DNA of 63,988 bases, counting the filler, from an uncultured bacterium (GTDB lineage: Bacteria > CAYSBA01): the NCBI GenBank assembly GCA_964429075.1. It is 6 parts of 6 records of this genome, joined end to end, with 100 filler letters (N's around TTAATTAATTAA, not from the genome) between each part and the next. Parts side by side here need not be neighbours in the genome. Positions count along the whole stretch, not along the records: positions 12,605 to 24,730 come from CAYSBA010000009.1; positions 24,831 to 36,736 come from CAYSBA010000010.1; 4 more parts are not named here. One strand, 5' to 3'. Made by a program: the position numbers and the translations under genes. The notes under the pieces are model-generated. The model saw only the letters and a list, made by a program, of their open reading frames with translations. It did not search any database and was not told the origin of the DNA. Within the stretch, counting starts at the first letter, position 1. Every line of letters starts with the position of its first letter. This document shows positions 18,548-27,180 of this stretch, piece by piece.

Positions 18548-21500
18548 TTAAAAGACTGCACCGGCCTGTTTAAGATAAAAGTATACAACATCAAGGAAAG
18601 ATTCTTTTGTTGTCAATGAATCCATATATCGTGCAGCAAGATTATCATCTCCATTGTTGAGTGCATCCTCATATTTCTGTTTTAGATCAACCAGCTCCTG
18701 CACCATCTTGTAGGTTATACTCGTCCCTTGCTGATTCTGTACTGCTATATATCTTTTATTTGAAATAGGACTGTAGTATTCAATAACCTCACTTGTTTGT
18801 AATAACTGAGCAAGATCATCGGATACAGGCTGACCGAGATTGTAAACATAAAGCTGGAGGTTATCTTTATAGGTATTATCAAACCACACACCAAAATTAT
18901 CAAGGCTCATCACAAGGGTTATAACCCTTAATACATCAGGTGTTTCTGGATCTATAACTGTCATCCCCTGATATCTGTCTTCCGGTGTACCAGAAGTAGA
19001 TCCAGGGCCAAATCCACTCGCAGGACCACCAAAGAAGGTCCTGCTCCACAAATCCTTGTATTCAATCTCTTTAAGATACCCTGTATTGCCATCTACAGAT
19101 TTTACAACTGGCCCAAAATAGGAGTTATCCCCGGCAATTATACTGCCAAACAGTTTGATCATATCAATATCGAATGCATCATAGTAATTAATTGGATATG
19201 TCTCATCGTTGGCCTGAGGTAACCCCCAATCTCTTGTTGAGAGTGAATATAGGGCCATATATTTGTCCATAAATGTACCTACTCTCTTTACCCTGAAGAT
19301 CTCACCATAGTATCCATCCTCAAACTGTGTCCAGAGGAATTTTCCAAACCCCAGAGGTACCCTCAACACATCGAGATTATTACCAAAATAATTACAATCT
19401 GCATCTGTTGAATATGCATCACATAGCCTGTACATATTTTTCTCAGTATCGAGGTAGTAGGTACCGTATGCAGGTGTTGCAATGATATCAGTAAAGAATT
19501 CCATACCAAGTATTGATGCATTTAACATATCGATTATCCCACCGGGGCCGGTATTGGATGTGAAACCCGGGACATAGAACCATTGATAAAGCATTGCCTG
19601 AAGTTGTAGTCCAATTACACTGAAATATCTCCAGAGACGGTTCACGTAATAGCTCGGGAAGGAATATTTATATCTCCTGAAATTATTAAAGATATATTCC
19701 CTCTCATAGGTCTCTATCATGTTTTCAACAATCTCATAGGAGCTGTATCCCTCATCCCATGTGTTACAGAAGGGTTTGTCATCACGACGTTCATCAGAGC
19801 AGAAGTGATAATGAGGATAAGAAATAGCATCACGGTAGGTCATATCCATGTCCCAATCTGAGCATGTGCCCTTTTCGCCATCCTGAACCTCCTGCCATTC
19901 ATAGGCGCCTCCACCGCTCTTTTGCACATACTTCCCACATCGTTGTCCGTAATTGTATCCTGGACAATCTTCATCCTTTGTACAAAACTGACCACCCATG
20001 TAATAGTGAACATTTATTCTATTTGAATACTCTTCATTGGGGGCACCGTCATAGACCTCAACGAGTCCACCATATCCAAACTTAATGGCAGCTATGTCAT
20101 ACTTACCAACACCCTCTTTTACATGATAGAACTGACCGCCGTAATCCATTATCGATGAGAAGGTATAGAGATCAACACCAGCCTTTTCCTGATCTGCCTT
20201 TCTCTGCCTGTAGGCATCTACATAGGCCTGCCAGTCGCTGTCGGTATAATCACCAGAAGGCATATCAACATCTGGAAGAGGATTACCCTCATTATCATCA
20301 TTCAACCCAGATTTATTGGTTCCATTTATTATGTCCCAATAGGCCTGAAAATAGTTTTCCTTATCAAAAGAGGCCTCAAAGTTATGCCTCAAACCAAGAG
20401 TGTGTCCAACCTCATGTGCCATAACGCCTGTATAGATATACTTATCTACCCAATCGACAACTGCCTCTCTTGTAGGTGTAATACCCTCTTTCTGAAGCTC
20501 TTTCTCAGCCCTGTTAAACAAAGCATTCCAGGAATAATCTGTATAAAAGGTAGGCCTATATAGTGTATTGTATGCAAGATATTTATCTATCTCATTCATC
20601 CTTGCAAAATAGTCATCCTGCCTGAGCGGGGAGACACTATCAAGAACATCATTGTTTAGATAGGCATCCACATTAAAACCAAAACCAAGGAGAATCTCAT
20701 CATTTATAAGATCCTTTTCGAGTTTGGTACCTTTCAATTTGCTGGCAACCTGATGCAGTAGTTTTGGATCCATATTTTTCAGTTCTTCCAGCTTATCTCT
20801 GAGATCGTTCAAATGTCCTGTTACATACTGGATAAATTCACCATCGAATGGTCTTGGTACAGGTTTATAGTACTTTATGTTCTCTGTATGTTCGAAATAT
20901 TCTCTTATATGTTCACTCTCTTCTATATCGCTGTCAGATAGATATCCATGTATGAGGTCGTAATAGTCATAGAGATATCCTCTGTAATAGTCCTGAATTG
21001 CACCATAAATATTGGCGATACCATGTATTATTTCACCGGTTTCAACATCTGCAGATGAAGGGCCATAGCCCCATGGTGATGCAGAATTTGTATCGTATAT
21101 ATAGTTTATCATAGAGTAACGAAGGTCTCCAGGACGCTGAAAAGTAAATCTGTTGGGATCTGGTGTATAGTTATCATCTGCACCATAGCGGTATCTATCT
21201 TTGTTTTTATCTCTCGATTCAACATAAAGGTCTCTGCATATTGGAAGTAGATTATCGGTAGTTATAGCATCGAGCGATCCTGCATATTTTTCAACAATAT
21301 ACATGTACTGATCGTGACTCTCTACGTAATTCTTTACATTTTCTACATTGCAGTCGTTATCTTTGAGTACAAATACATCCTCTTCCTCGCCTTTTAGCTC
21401 CTTCATTACTTCACGAAAGGCCCTGTTCCACGATTCAACAGCCTTAAATGTCAGATCTTTATATTTTTCTGGATAGGCAGGAGAAAGATAGTACACAATC

Positions 21501-22417
21501 TTTTTCACCTTACAATTTTTATAAGGATAGCGTGCCTTTCGATTTACACACTCATCAAGATCACTCTCCCAGATATTCCAGCGATTCATCAGATAGTCGA
21601 GAAAATCTGTCTTACCTCTATAACGATCCCAGGTACTTCTTTCCTGTCTGAAATATCCAAACTTTTCAAACATCCTGTCTGGATAGTAGAGTGGTTTATA
21701 TGTAGATGGCTTCTTTTTCATAAATGAGTTTCTGATCACCACCTCTTCATCATTGTAGACATATTTGGTTGTTATCTCTATATAATCGAGCTTTCCATCT
21801 CCATCCTCGTCCAAGAAGATAGGGGCATAAAAATCATTGGGTCTTGCAATGTAGTATTGACCACCTTGTGGTTGTATATTGAAAAATAGCGATGCTGTAA
21901 TAAATGCAAAATTATTGATAAGATTTTGAGACCAATCAACCCTCATATACTCCCTCTCCCACCACTTTCTATCGGAGGTATTCTCTTCGATATAGTTGTA
22001 CTCCTCACCTGTGGTAGAGTTATAACCCCTTCTTATATCAAAGTGTGATGTAATCTTAAATGCCACGATTGGTTCACCTTTATAATCATCTCCATAGGAG
22101 TCATGAAGGGGATCTGAACCTTTTACCTGTTCATAGGTAAGATATCCATAGAGATAGTCCCTCTCTATGTCCCAGCGCATCTTATAAACATAGGGGAAGG
22201 CACCCTGCTCACCAATAAAAGTCCAGCTCGCCTCATAGGGGGCCTCAACAACGGTCATCTGATAATACCAGACTCCATCGAGGCTGCTTTTTTTGATTGG
22301 GTATTCCTGTACATAGTTTCTTGGCTCACGTTCAAGTGCACCGCAGGCAACAAAAAGAAATAGGGCTGCTAACCCACCAAAGAGTCTTAAAGAATCCCTT
22401 ACCTTCTTAGACAACAT
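18548..22417 (-). CDS. Large zinc metalloprotease lipoprotein (metzincin), paralog A
   Basis: HEVGHTLGLRHNF (~20416-20378), Met-turn SSIMDY, lipobox LFVAC; GGAGG RBS before ATG 22417; colinear with paralog B. Confidence 0.9.
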   Translation of the reverse strand: MLSKKVRDSLRLFGGLAALFLFVACGALEREPRNYVQEYPIKKSSLDGVWYYQMTVVEAPYEASWTFIGEQGAFPYVYKMRWDIERDYLYGYLTYEQVKGSDPLHDSYGDDYKGEPIVAFKITSHFDIRRGYNSTTGEEYNYIEENTSDRKWWEREYMRVDWSQNLINNFAFITASLFFNIQPQGGQYYIARPNDFYAPIFLDEDGDGKLDYIEITTKYVYNDEEVVIRNSFMKKKPSTYKPLYYPDRMFEKFGYFRQERSTWDRYRGKTDFLDYLMNRWNIWESDLDECVNRKARYPYKNCKVKKIVYYLSPAYPEKYKDLTFKAVESWNRAFREVMKELKGEEEDVFVLKDNDCNVENVKNYVESHDQYMYIVEKYAGSLDAITTDNLLPICRDLYVESRDKNKDRYRYGADDNYTPDPNRFTFQRPGDLRYSMINYIYDTNSASPWGYGPSSADVETGEIIHGIANIYGAIQDYYRGYLYDYYDLIHGYLSDSDIEESEHIREYFEHTENIKYYKPVPRPFDGEFIQYVTGHLNDLRDKLEELKNMDPKLLHQVASKLKGTKLEKDLINDEILLGFGFNVDAYLNNDVLDSVSPLRQDDYFARMNEIDKYLAYNTLYRPTFYTDYSWNALFNRAEKELQKEGITPTREAVVDWVDKYIYTGVMAHEVGHTLGLRHNFEASFDKENYFQAYWDIINGTNKSGLNDDNEGNPLPDVDMPSGDYTDSDWQAYVDAYRQRKADQEKAGVDLYTFSSIMDYGGQFYHVKEGVGKYDIAAIKFGYGGLVEVYDGAPNEEYSNRINVHYYMGGQFCTKDEDCPGYNYGQRCGKYVQKSGGGAYEWQEVQDGEKGTCSDWDMDMTYRDAISYPHYHFCSDERRDDKPFCNTWDEGYSSYEIVENMIETYEREYIFNNFRRYKYSFPSYYVNRLWRYFSVIGLQLQAMLYQWFYVPGFTSNTGPGGIIDMLNASILGMEFFTDIIATPAYGTYYLDTEKNMYRLCDAYSTDADCNYFGNNLDVLRVPLGFGKFLWTQFEDGYYGEIFRVKRVGTFMDKYMALYSLSTRDWGLPQANDETYPINYYDAFDIDMIKLFGSIIAGDNSYFGPVVKSVDGNTGYLKEIEYKDLWSRTFFGGPASGFGPGSTSGTPEDRYQGMTVIDPETPDVLRVITLVMSLDNFGVWFDNTYKDNLQLYVYNLGQPVSDDLAQLLQTSEVIEYYSPISNKRYIAVQNQQGTSITYKMVQELVDLKQKYEDALNNGDDNLAARYMDSLTTKESFLDVVYFYLKQAGAVF

Positions 22418-22452
22418 ATGTTCCTCCACTTTTTGAAAATCCTTTTTAAACA

Positions 22453-23922
22453 TCAATAAAAAACCATAAGGTCAAGATACAAAGATGAATTGTTGTTGTA
22501 GTTATCTATGTAAAAATAGTTGTAAAAGGGCCTGTATGTTGAATCTGGTTCAAGCTGAGCGACCTCATTTGAATATCCTAAGTGTACATGAAGATTTTTA
22601 TTAATGACATATGCACCCTCAAGCACGAAATTAAAGCTATCACGTCTTGGATAGTCTGAATTTATCTGGTCACCTGGTGCATAATCATATTTATAGAGAA
22701 AACTATTTTTTACTACAAAATAGGTGGTCAATGAAAAGCTGTCACTCAGATCAAGACCGATAGAAAACCAGTGCTGTATTGCAAAGGAGGTATTTCTTAC
22801 TATTGAACTCCAGCCCTCCTGATTGAGATAAACCAATGATATTCCTGAATCACCCGATTGGGTGGAATAGTTAGATTCAGGATATTTTGATATACCTGGG
22901 GTTTTGTAGCGGTAGAAATTCTTATAGAGTCTTATCTCATATCCCAGGGTTAGTTTATCAAAGAGACTGCGGCTTAGAGAAAGAGAACCAAGCACCTTAA
23001 AGTAAAACGGATTCTGCATGGTTGCAGATTCTCTTGAAGTCGGCAAGTAAATCCTCGTATAACCACTTACATGTATCCCTGTATATTTCTTATCCATATA
23101 GATCTTTTTGTTTGAGAGCTGGAAATATATATCAGACCAGTGTAGCTCCCTCAAATATGTATCAGAATCACCATTTGTCCACTCTTTCTGCAGGTAAAAG
23201 ACTAAGGAGAGTGTAAGTAGATCGCTCAATTTGTAACTTGGCTGCAGGTAAAGCATGGAGTAAAAGAGATTGTTGCCATAGTCTCTACCTGTATAAAGCC
23301 CCGTGCCATTTTCAAAGAGCACAAGCACAGAGTAACGTCTTTTACCGGCCAATCCATCACCTGTAAGTATATCCTGAGTACTCCCGGAGCTCTTTCTCAT
23401 CTTTGTCACTTTAGATTTCTTCTGTTTCTCTTTCGACTGTTTTTTAATAGACTTTCCCTCTGCAGCCACATCCATGTCTTTTTGTTCGCTCTTTGAGGAC
23501 TCTAAAGATTCATTTTTTTCACTGCTATTTTTTTCTATATCTTTTTTTGTGGTAGTTTTTTGCTCCTTTTTTATTTCTTTTTTTTCGTTTTTCGACCTTT
23601 CTAAATCGGTCTTTGTTTCTTTTTTTTCATCCTTTCTCTCTTCTTTTTTCTCAACCTTTTTTGTATCCTTTTTAGTTTCCTTTTCTGATTTCATTTGCTC
23701 AGACTTTTTTTTGGAATCTTTTTCATCCTTTCTGGATCCTGTATCAGCAGATTTTGAAGATTTTTCTTCTTCCTTAGTCTGATTCTTTTTCTTTTTGTTA
23801 TCCTTTTTTTCTTTTTTTTCTTTCTCTTCTTTGTCCNNNNNNNNNNCTTTTGCATAAGTAGGGCCCTGTATCAATAAACCTAAAGAAATAACAAACAAAA
23901 AAGACCACACTAACGAACGCAT
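22453..23922 (-). CDS. Predicted outer-membrane beta-barrel protein with a long N-terminal Lys/Glu-rich linker
   Basis: Signal peptide MRSLVWSFLFVISLGLLIQGPTYA; ~150-aa K/E/D/S low-complexity stretch; then amphipathic aromatic strands ending YLDLMVFY. Contains a 10-N gap (23837-23846), so the frame across it is assumed. Confidence 0.7.
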   Translation of the reverse strand: MRSLVWSFLFVISLGLLIQGPTYAKXXXXDKEEKEKKEKKDNKKKKNQTKEEEKSSKSADTGSRKDEKDSKKKSEQMKSEKETKKDTKKVEKKEERKDEKKETKTDLERSKNEKKEIKKEQKTTTKKDIEKNSSEKNESLESSKSEQKDMDVAAEGKSIKKQSKEKQKKSKVTKMRKSSGSTQDILTGDGLAGKRRYSVLVLFENGTGLYTGRDYGNNLFYSMLYLQPSYKLSDLLTLSLVFYLQKEWTNGDSDTYLRELHWSDIYFQLSNKKIYMDKKYTGIHVSGYTRIYLPTSRESATMQNPFYFKVLGSLSLSRSLFDKLTLGYEIRLYKNFYRYKTPGISKYPESNYSTQSGDSGISLVYLNQEGWSSIVRNTSFAIQHWFSIGLDLSDSFSLTTYFVVKNSFLYKYDYAPGDQINSDYPRRDSFNFVLEGAYVINKNLHVHLGYSNEVAQLEPDSTYRPFYNYFYIDNYNNNSSLYLDLMVFY

Positions 23923-24057
23923 GTTCAACTCCACTTGAGACATCAATGAACTCTTTATTCCTTTTATTATTGAATGTCAAGCATCTTTAATCAAACAGGG
24001 CAATTCATTGACACAGTAAAAATTTTACATTAAATATTTACAAAAACGGAGGCAGGT

Positions 24058-24730
24058 ATGAAGAATCTTAAATCTATCTTTTTGATTTTATTTATAATAT
24101 CTATTGTACAAAAAGGGCTTGCTCAGGAGTCGGCCGAAAATGTCCCCCTTGCTACAATAAAACCCCAAACTCCCAGTGACCAGCTGCAGTCAAAAGATTC
24201 TGAAAATGCTCTTTTTGGTGCATTCTCTATTACCCCCATCACAGCATTATATAATATAGATACAACATTCAGCGTATTCAGAAACAATATTGAGGCAGGT
24301 TATAGACTGAAGAACCTTGAATTTTTTGGGACCCTTGGTTTTGCACATGCTACAAATGAACAGAAGGATTCAGAGTCCAATTCTTCTTTAAAAAGTGTAT
24401 ATAACATATTTTCTTTAGGTGCAGGAGCAAGGTACTATTTAATGCCTATTAAAAAGCTCAGTGTTCCTTTCACAACCCTTCGCCTTGAAAAGAATTTTGT
24501 AAGCCTGAAGACAATAACAAAATTTGGTAGCACAACTGAAGAAAAGACTGATGATTCTGTCAAGCCACTAAACTTTATAAGAATTAATGCCGGCGGTGGT
24601 ATAAATTGTATAATTAACAAAAATTTTAATGTCGCCCTCGAAGTCGGACTCAATTTGATGACAAGCTCTTATAAAGAGGCTGATAATACAAATATCTCTC
24701 ACTCTACATTTATATATGGACTATATACCC
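24058..24730 (+). CDS. Outer-membrane beta-barrel protein (porin/OmpA-like), truncated by contig end
   Basis: Signal peptide; strands IEAGYRL, FFGTLGF, FSLGAGARYY, INAGGGINC, FNVALEVGL; GGAGG RBS. Confidence 0.7.
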
Positions 24731-24830
24731 NNNNNNNNNNNNNNNNNNNNNNNNNNNNNNNNNNNNNNNNNNNNTTAATTAATTAANNNNNNNNNNNNNN
24801 NNNNNNNNNNNNNNNNNNNNNNNNNNNNNN
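24731..24830. other. Artificial contig-joining linker
   Basis: N-TTAATTAATTAA-N pattern. Confidence 0.98.
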
Positions 24831-24831
24831 T

Positions 24832-25029
24832 AACGACTCTAAAAAGCCACTTGGCAGCAGAGTTGATAGGCACGAGCATCTTGGAGATGGCCATATCGGT
24901 TTAGATTTCTTCAAAAGACTTTTTCAGGACAGAAGATTTTTCAAAACTCCCATGATCGGTGAACCATATGGTGGAGATGAGGCCTTTATTTCTGAGACGA
25001 AAAAGATGTGGGAGCTATGTAACGCATGA
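24832..25029 (+). CDS. nfo: Endonuclease IV, C-terminal fragment (5' end beyond contig edge)
   Basis: Not in the ORF track. Manual translation NDSKKPLGSRVDRHEHLGDGHIG...MIGEP matches the Nfo NDSK...DRH..G motif; TGA at 25027-25029. Confidence 0.85.
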   Translation, partial: NDSKKPLGSRVDRHEHLGDGHIGLDFFKRLFQDRRFFKTPMIGEPYGGDEAFISETKKMWELCNA

Positions 25030-25898
25030 TAATAGTAAAAATATTTTTGTGGATCTTTGTCGCAGTTGCCTTTGTTAATGCCCTTAGCTATTCAATCCTT
25101 GCATACGAAAGGTTAAATCTTGAAAGACGCTCTGTTGTGTTAAGGGACCTTTTACCCTTTTTTGCAGGATATACAATAGAGACCCTGTCGAGTTTTTTCC
25201 TTTTTTTGGTTACCCCTATTGGCTATCTATTTGGAAGGCGTCTTAATATAAAAGGTAAAAAAGACAATAAGAATACCTATCCTGTCCTGTTTGTCCATGG
25301 CTATAGTAGAAATCTTTCTGATTTCTTTGTCATACTTTTTGTCCTGTGGAGAAAGGGTTTTTCTCGATTATATGCCATTAACTATGATAGCTTTAGTAAG
25401 ACTATTCAGGAAATTGCAGCTCTTCTGGAAAGAGAGGTAGAAAGGATATGCAATAAAGAAAATACAAATAAAGTCATAATTGTTGCCCACAGTCTTGGGG
25501 GCGTGGCCTCACGTTATCTGATGAGTGTTATGAAAAATGACCGTATATTCAGGCTGATAAGCATAGGATCACCATACAGGGGCACAAGGATGGCTGTATT
25601 TGGGGTGGGCAAAAGCTCTGTTCACCTTCTAACAGATCATCCTTTTTTTGATTCCTTCAGTATGGTAGACGACGTAAAAAGGATATTCTCAATCTACTCG
25701 ACCCATGATAATATTGTTATACCCTATAACAGCCCTGTAATAGAAGGTGGGAATAATTTAGAGATCAACTGGGCAGGTCATGCAACTTTATTATTTCATC
25801 CAGCTGTGGTTAAATGGGTAAAAAAGAATCTAATGGTAGAAATCGATGACGATAAAGAGAAAGATAGCATCAAAGAAGACAACGGAGCAGGAAAATAG
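25026..25898 (+). CDS. Membrane-anchored alpha/beta hydrolase (lipase/esterase family)
   Basis: PVLFVHGY, nucleophile elbow AHSLGG, GSPYRGT, DNIV, GH; two N-terminal TM segments. Confidence 0.88.
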   Translation: MIIVKIFLWIFVAVAFVNALSYSILAYERLNLERRSVVLRDLLPFFAGYTIETLSSFFLFLVTPIGYLFGRRLNIKGKKDNKNTYPVLFVHGYSRNLSDFFVILFVLWRKGFSRLYAINYDSFSKTIQEIAALLEREVERICNKENTNKVIIVAHSLGGVASRYLMSVMKNDRIFRLISIGSPYRGTRMAVFGVGKSSVHLLTDHPFFDSFSMVDDVKRIFSIYSTHDNIVIPYNSPVIEGGNNLEINWAGHATLLFHPAVVKWVKKNLMVEIDDDKEKDSIKEDNGAGK

Positions 25899-26382
25899 CT
25901 CCAAGACAGGGTTTATCCATAAGGTCCTCCTTGTAGTATCTCCTATGCGTGAGTCAAAGGAGGCCATAAATAGGGCTATTGAATTGGCTGAACAGATAGA
26001 TGATTCAGAGTTAATTGCCCTCTTTGTTATCGATAAGACAATCGTTGAAAAGACAATGAATGAGGTAATGTCCAGCGGATGGCTTGGTAATGCACTATCA
26101 GAGGATTTTAAAGAGATGTTGTACAAAGAATACAAGATTCAGGGCAAAAAGATCCTTTCTTATGTAGAAGATCTTGCACAGCTTCACAACATACCCTATC
26201 AGACTATCATCTTGGAAGGCAATCTTGAAGACATTCTTCTTGATTTTATAAAGAGATACAGGGTTGATCATCTTGTGATAACCCGCAAACGAAGACTGAA
26301 GATTATGCGCATGTTGCTTGGATCAACCATTGAAAAGATAAAATCCTGCACAGAGTGTAATGTGGATATTATCGAAGGATGA
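25846..26382 (+). CDS. Universal stress protein
   Basis: KVLLVV...AINRAIELA...EGNLEDILL...DHLVI...LLGSTIEKI...CNVDII pattern; start uncertain. Confidence 0.85.
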   Translation: MTIKRKIASKKTTEQENSSKTGFIHKVLLVVSPMRESKEAINRAIELAEQIDDSELIALFVIDKTIVEKTMNEVMSSGWLGNALSEDFKEMLYKEYKIQGKKILSYVEDLAQLHNIPYQTIILEGNLEDILLDFIKRYRVDHLVITRKRRLKIMRMLLGSTIEKIKSCTECNVDIIEG

Positions 26383-26383
26383 T

Positions 26384-27163
26384 ATGGGAATTATAACATC
26401 AAAAAAGTTATCAAAGATAGAGGGTCTGATTCATGGATTTACAGATAGAAATGGTGGTATGAGTGAGCCACCTTACAACACCCTGAATCTTGGGCTTAAT
26501 ACCGGTGATTTGGATTACAATGTGGGAAACAACTATAAGATCGTTGCATCAGAAATAGGAGTAGACTCAGACTCATTCTTCACAGCTTCACAGGTACATG
26601 GCAAGAATATTGTAATTGTAGGTCCTCTCGAGACAAGAGAGAGTATACTAAAGAGAAGTGCTGATGCACTTCTTACAAAATCGACTGGTAAACTTGTCGG
26701 TGTGACTGTTGCAGATTGTGTACCTGTGCTTATTGTTGATCCGGTGCTAAGGGCTGTTGCTGCTGTTCATTGTGGCTGGAGATCGCTTGCGGAAAAGATT
26801 CTCTTTGAAGTGGTTGAAACTATGATAAAAAGATGGGGCAGTGATCCTAAGGATCTTATTGCAGCTATAGGTCCATCAATAAGGGGTTGTTGCTATGTGA
26901 TAAAAAAAGATGTTGCCAAAAAGCTGGTTGCGACGGTTGACTTGAAACTGAAAGAATATTATTTAACACCTGAACCAGCTGGAGATCTATTTAAGGTAGA
27001 TCTTGCAACCCTTGCTCTCTTTCAGTTGTATCGTTGTGGGCTTCAACGAAACAGTATAGAGGTGTTGCCCTATTGCACATATTGTAGACCGGAGCTTTTT
27101 TTCTCCTACAGGAGAAACCCGGATACAGGCAGACACCTTGCTTTTTGTGGTTTTATAGTTTGA
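26384..27163 (+). CDS. pgeF: Purine nucleoside phosphorylase / peptidoglycan editing factor (YfiH/PgeF family)
   Basis: HGFTDRNGG, LNLG, QVHG, VADCVPVL, HCGWR, IGPSIRGCCY, CTYC..FFSYRR. Confidence 0.92.
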   Translation: MGIITSKKLSKIEGLIHGFTDRNGGMSEPPYNTLNLGLNTGDLDYNVGNNYKIVASEIGVDSDSFFTASQVHGKNIVIVGPLETRESILKRSADALLTKSTGKLVGVTVADCVPVLIVDPVLRAVAAVHCGWRSLAEKILFEVVETMIKRWGSDPKDLIAAIGPSIRGCCYVIKKDVAKKLVATVDLKLKEYYLTPEPAGDLFKVDLATLALFQLYRCGLQRNSIEVLPYCTYCRPELFFSYRRNPDTGRHLAFCGFIV

Positions 27164-27180
27164 CCTAAGGGGGGAGAAGT

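Noticed and set aside
23474-23782. Phe/Ser-rich 102-aa ORF on the + strand
   Set aside because: Antisense shadow of the Lys/Glu-rich linker. The same applies to the many short antisense or alternate-frame ORFs inside long genes.
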